DNA from: an uncultured Gemmatimonadales bacterium
Lineage (GTDB): Bacteria; Gemmatimonadota; Gemmatimonadetes; Gemmatimonadales; GWC2-71-9
DNA: 64,000 nucleotides
NCBI GenBank assembly: GCA_963828735.1
Contig: CAWHFW010000003.1
Span: 1 to 64,000 of the forward strand
Direction of reading: 5' to 3'
Shown here: positions 62,712-64,000 of the stretch, one piece after another
Position numbering within the stretch: the stretch's first letter is position 1
How the letters are laid out: each line of letters starts with the position of its first letter
Translations under genes and position numbers: made by a program
The notes under the pieces: model-generated
Told to the model about the DNA's origin: nothing
Databases searched by the model: none
What the model saw: only the letters and a program-made list of their open reading frames with translations

Positions 62712-63527
62712 ATGACCCAGCTCCCACCGTTCGTCGATCTCCACAACCATCTCGTTCCCGGCGTTGACGATGGCGCGGCCACGGTGGCCGAATCGCTGGA
62801 CGCGCTCCGCGCTCTCCACGCCGAGGGAGTACGAACCCTCGTCGCCACGCCCCATCTGCTCGTCCCGCGCCTCGAGACCGATCTGGCCATCGCCCGCGAG
62901 CTCGATCTGCAGCGGCGGGCGTTCGATCGCCTGGCGAATGCGGTCGCGCGCGAGCGGGATCTGCCGGCGCTCGGGCTGGGTCAGGAGATCTGGGCCCCGG
63001 ACGTAGCTGCCATCCGCCGCATCCTGGGACGACCCGACGTCGGACTGGATGGGTCCCGCGCGCTGCTGGTGGAATTCGGGTTTGACCTGACGGGGACCCA
63101 CGATGATGTCGTCCGCGCCACGATCGCCGGCGGACATCGCATGGTGATCGCTCACCCCGAGCGGTACCGCTTTCCCGACGGCCTCGACGCACTCGACGTC
63201 ATGCGGCACTGGCGGGAGCTCGGCGCCTTCCTGCAGGTGAACGTCGGCAGCTTCACCGGTCACTACCGGGATCACCGCCCGGAGTCGGAGTCGCTCGCGT
63301 GGGCGCTGGTGCAGGAGGGGATGGTGGACATCATCGGGAGCGACCACCATGGGCCGCGGCGTGCGGGCGTATGGCCGCTCGAGGCGTTCGAAGCCCTGTG
63401 CGCGGAAAACGAACGGGCAGCGGCGGTGCGTGCGATGGTGGAGCGGCCGGCGGCTGTGCTGCGGGACGAGCCGGTCGAGGAGACCGGCGCGTCGGTTCCC
63501 GTCAGGAGGCGATCGGCAGGCGCGTAG
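62712..63527 (+). CDS. CpsB/CapC-type PHP-fold protein-tyrosine phosphatase
   Basis: DLHNHLVPGVDDG, ATPH, GQE, AHPERY and GSDHH. Confidence 0.9.
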   Translation: MTQLPPFVDLHNHLVPGVDDGAATVAESLDALRALHAEGVRTLVATPHLLVPRLETDLAIARELDLQRRAFDRLANAVARERDLPALGLGQEIWAPDVAAIRRILGRPDVGLDGSRALLVEFGFDLTGTHDDVVRATIAGGHRMVIAHPERYRFPDGLDALDVMRHWRELGAFLQVNVGSFTGHYRDHRPESESLAWALVQEGMVDIIGSDHHGPRRAGVWPLEAFEALCAENERAAAVRAMVERPAAVLRDEPVEETGASVPVRRRSAGA

Positions 63528-64000
63528 CGCCGATCGCCTGGAGCAGGTAGCTCATCGGACCGGGGTGATCCGCGGCACCCGCCACCTTCGCGGAATCCAT
63601 CGTCACCATGATCTGCTCGCGCAACGCCATGTACTCGCGCGCCGCCGCCGGATCCTCGAACCGGATGGTGTTCTTCGTGACCGCGTAGGTCCCGGCCTGA
63701 GCGTCCAGCACGCCGAGGAGGCTGTCGATCCCCTCGATCAGCGACGCCGTGAGCGTGGCCACCGCCGGTGACTCGGCGCGGACCGGCTTGGCGTACCACA
63801 TCTTGAGCTCCGCCGGCGTCCATCCGCGTGCCTTCGACGTCGCCTGGAACGATTCCTGGTACTGGCGCTCGATCGCGGCCTGCTGCAGCCGGTAGATCCG
63901 CACGAAGTTGGCGACGCCCGCGAGGCTCATCCGGGTCTCGGTGACGCCACCACCCGGGGTCAGCCGCGACGACGCGAACAGCTGGCTGAGCCGGGCCACG
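63502..64000 (-). CDS. Hypothetical protein, 5' end outside the window
   Basis: Open frame to the window edge with protein-like composition; converges on and overlaps the phosphatase stop. Confidence 0.6.
   Translation of the reverse strand, partial: VARLSQLFASSRLTPGGGVTETRMSLAGVANFVRIYRLQQAAIERQYQESFQATSKARGWTPAELKMWYAKPVRAESPAVATLTASLIEGIDSLLGVLDAQAGTYAVTKNTIRFEDPAAAREYMALREQIMVTMDSAKVAGAADHPGPMSYLLQAIGATRLPIAS

Overview
GC-rich bacterial DNA, roughly 70% by eye. The gene set points to Gemmatimonadota: a BTAD/SARP-TPR regulator, a Hanks kinase of the 'LERELGRGGMATVYLA' type, a SusC/SusD pair and many secreted peptidases and lipoproteins. At least 14 otherwise intact-looking genes carry 1-2 nt frameshifts, most simply explained by uncorrected long-read errors. 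I found no rRNA, tRNA, CRISPR array, integrase or transposase. Contents: (i) 1-11.2 kb, an envelope-modification island with three membrane-fused spermidine-synthase-like SAM enzymes, an LtaS/EptA-like enzyme, a PAP2/AUR1-like enzyme and a YxDPTSGS microprotein; (ii) peptidases, a J-domain protein and a divergent AraC / BTAD-TPR pair; (iii) 25.8-28.9 kb, a second module of YxDPTSGS microprotein (absent from the ORF track), NoeA-like kinase-methyltransferase and LtaS-like enzyme; (iv) 29-34 kb, aldehyde dehydrogenase, kinase and fahA; (v) 34.9-48.7 kb, two Rieske oxygenases, a SolA-like oxidase, a cupin, an FAD oxidoreductase, a TonB-dependent receptor and SusCD; (vi) amidohydrolases, a multicopper oxidase, PP2C, an S9 peptidase, OmpA and other genes. 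The most striking unexplained signal is a ~105-130 bp structured repeat. Seven core-bearing copies and one core-less shell each lie just 3' of a stop codon in the same polarity as that gene, and their outer stems co-vary around a near-invariant core.
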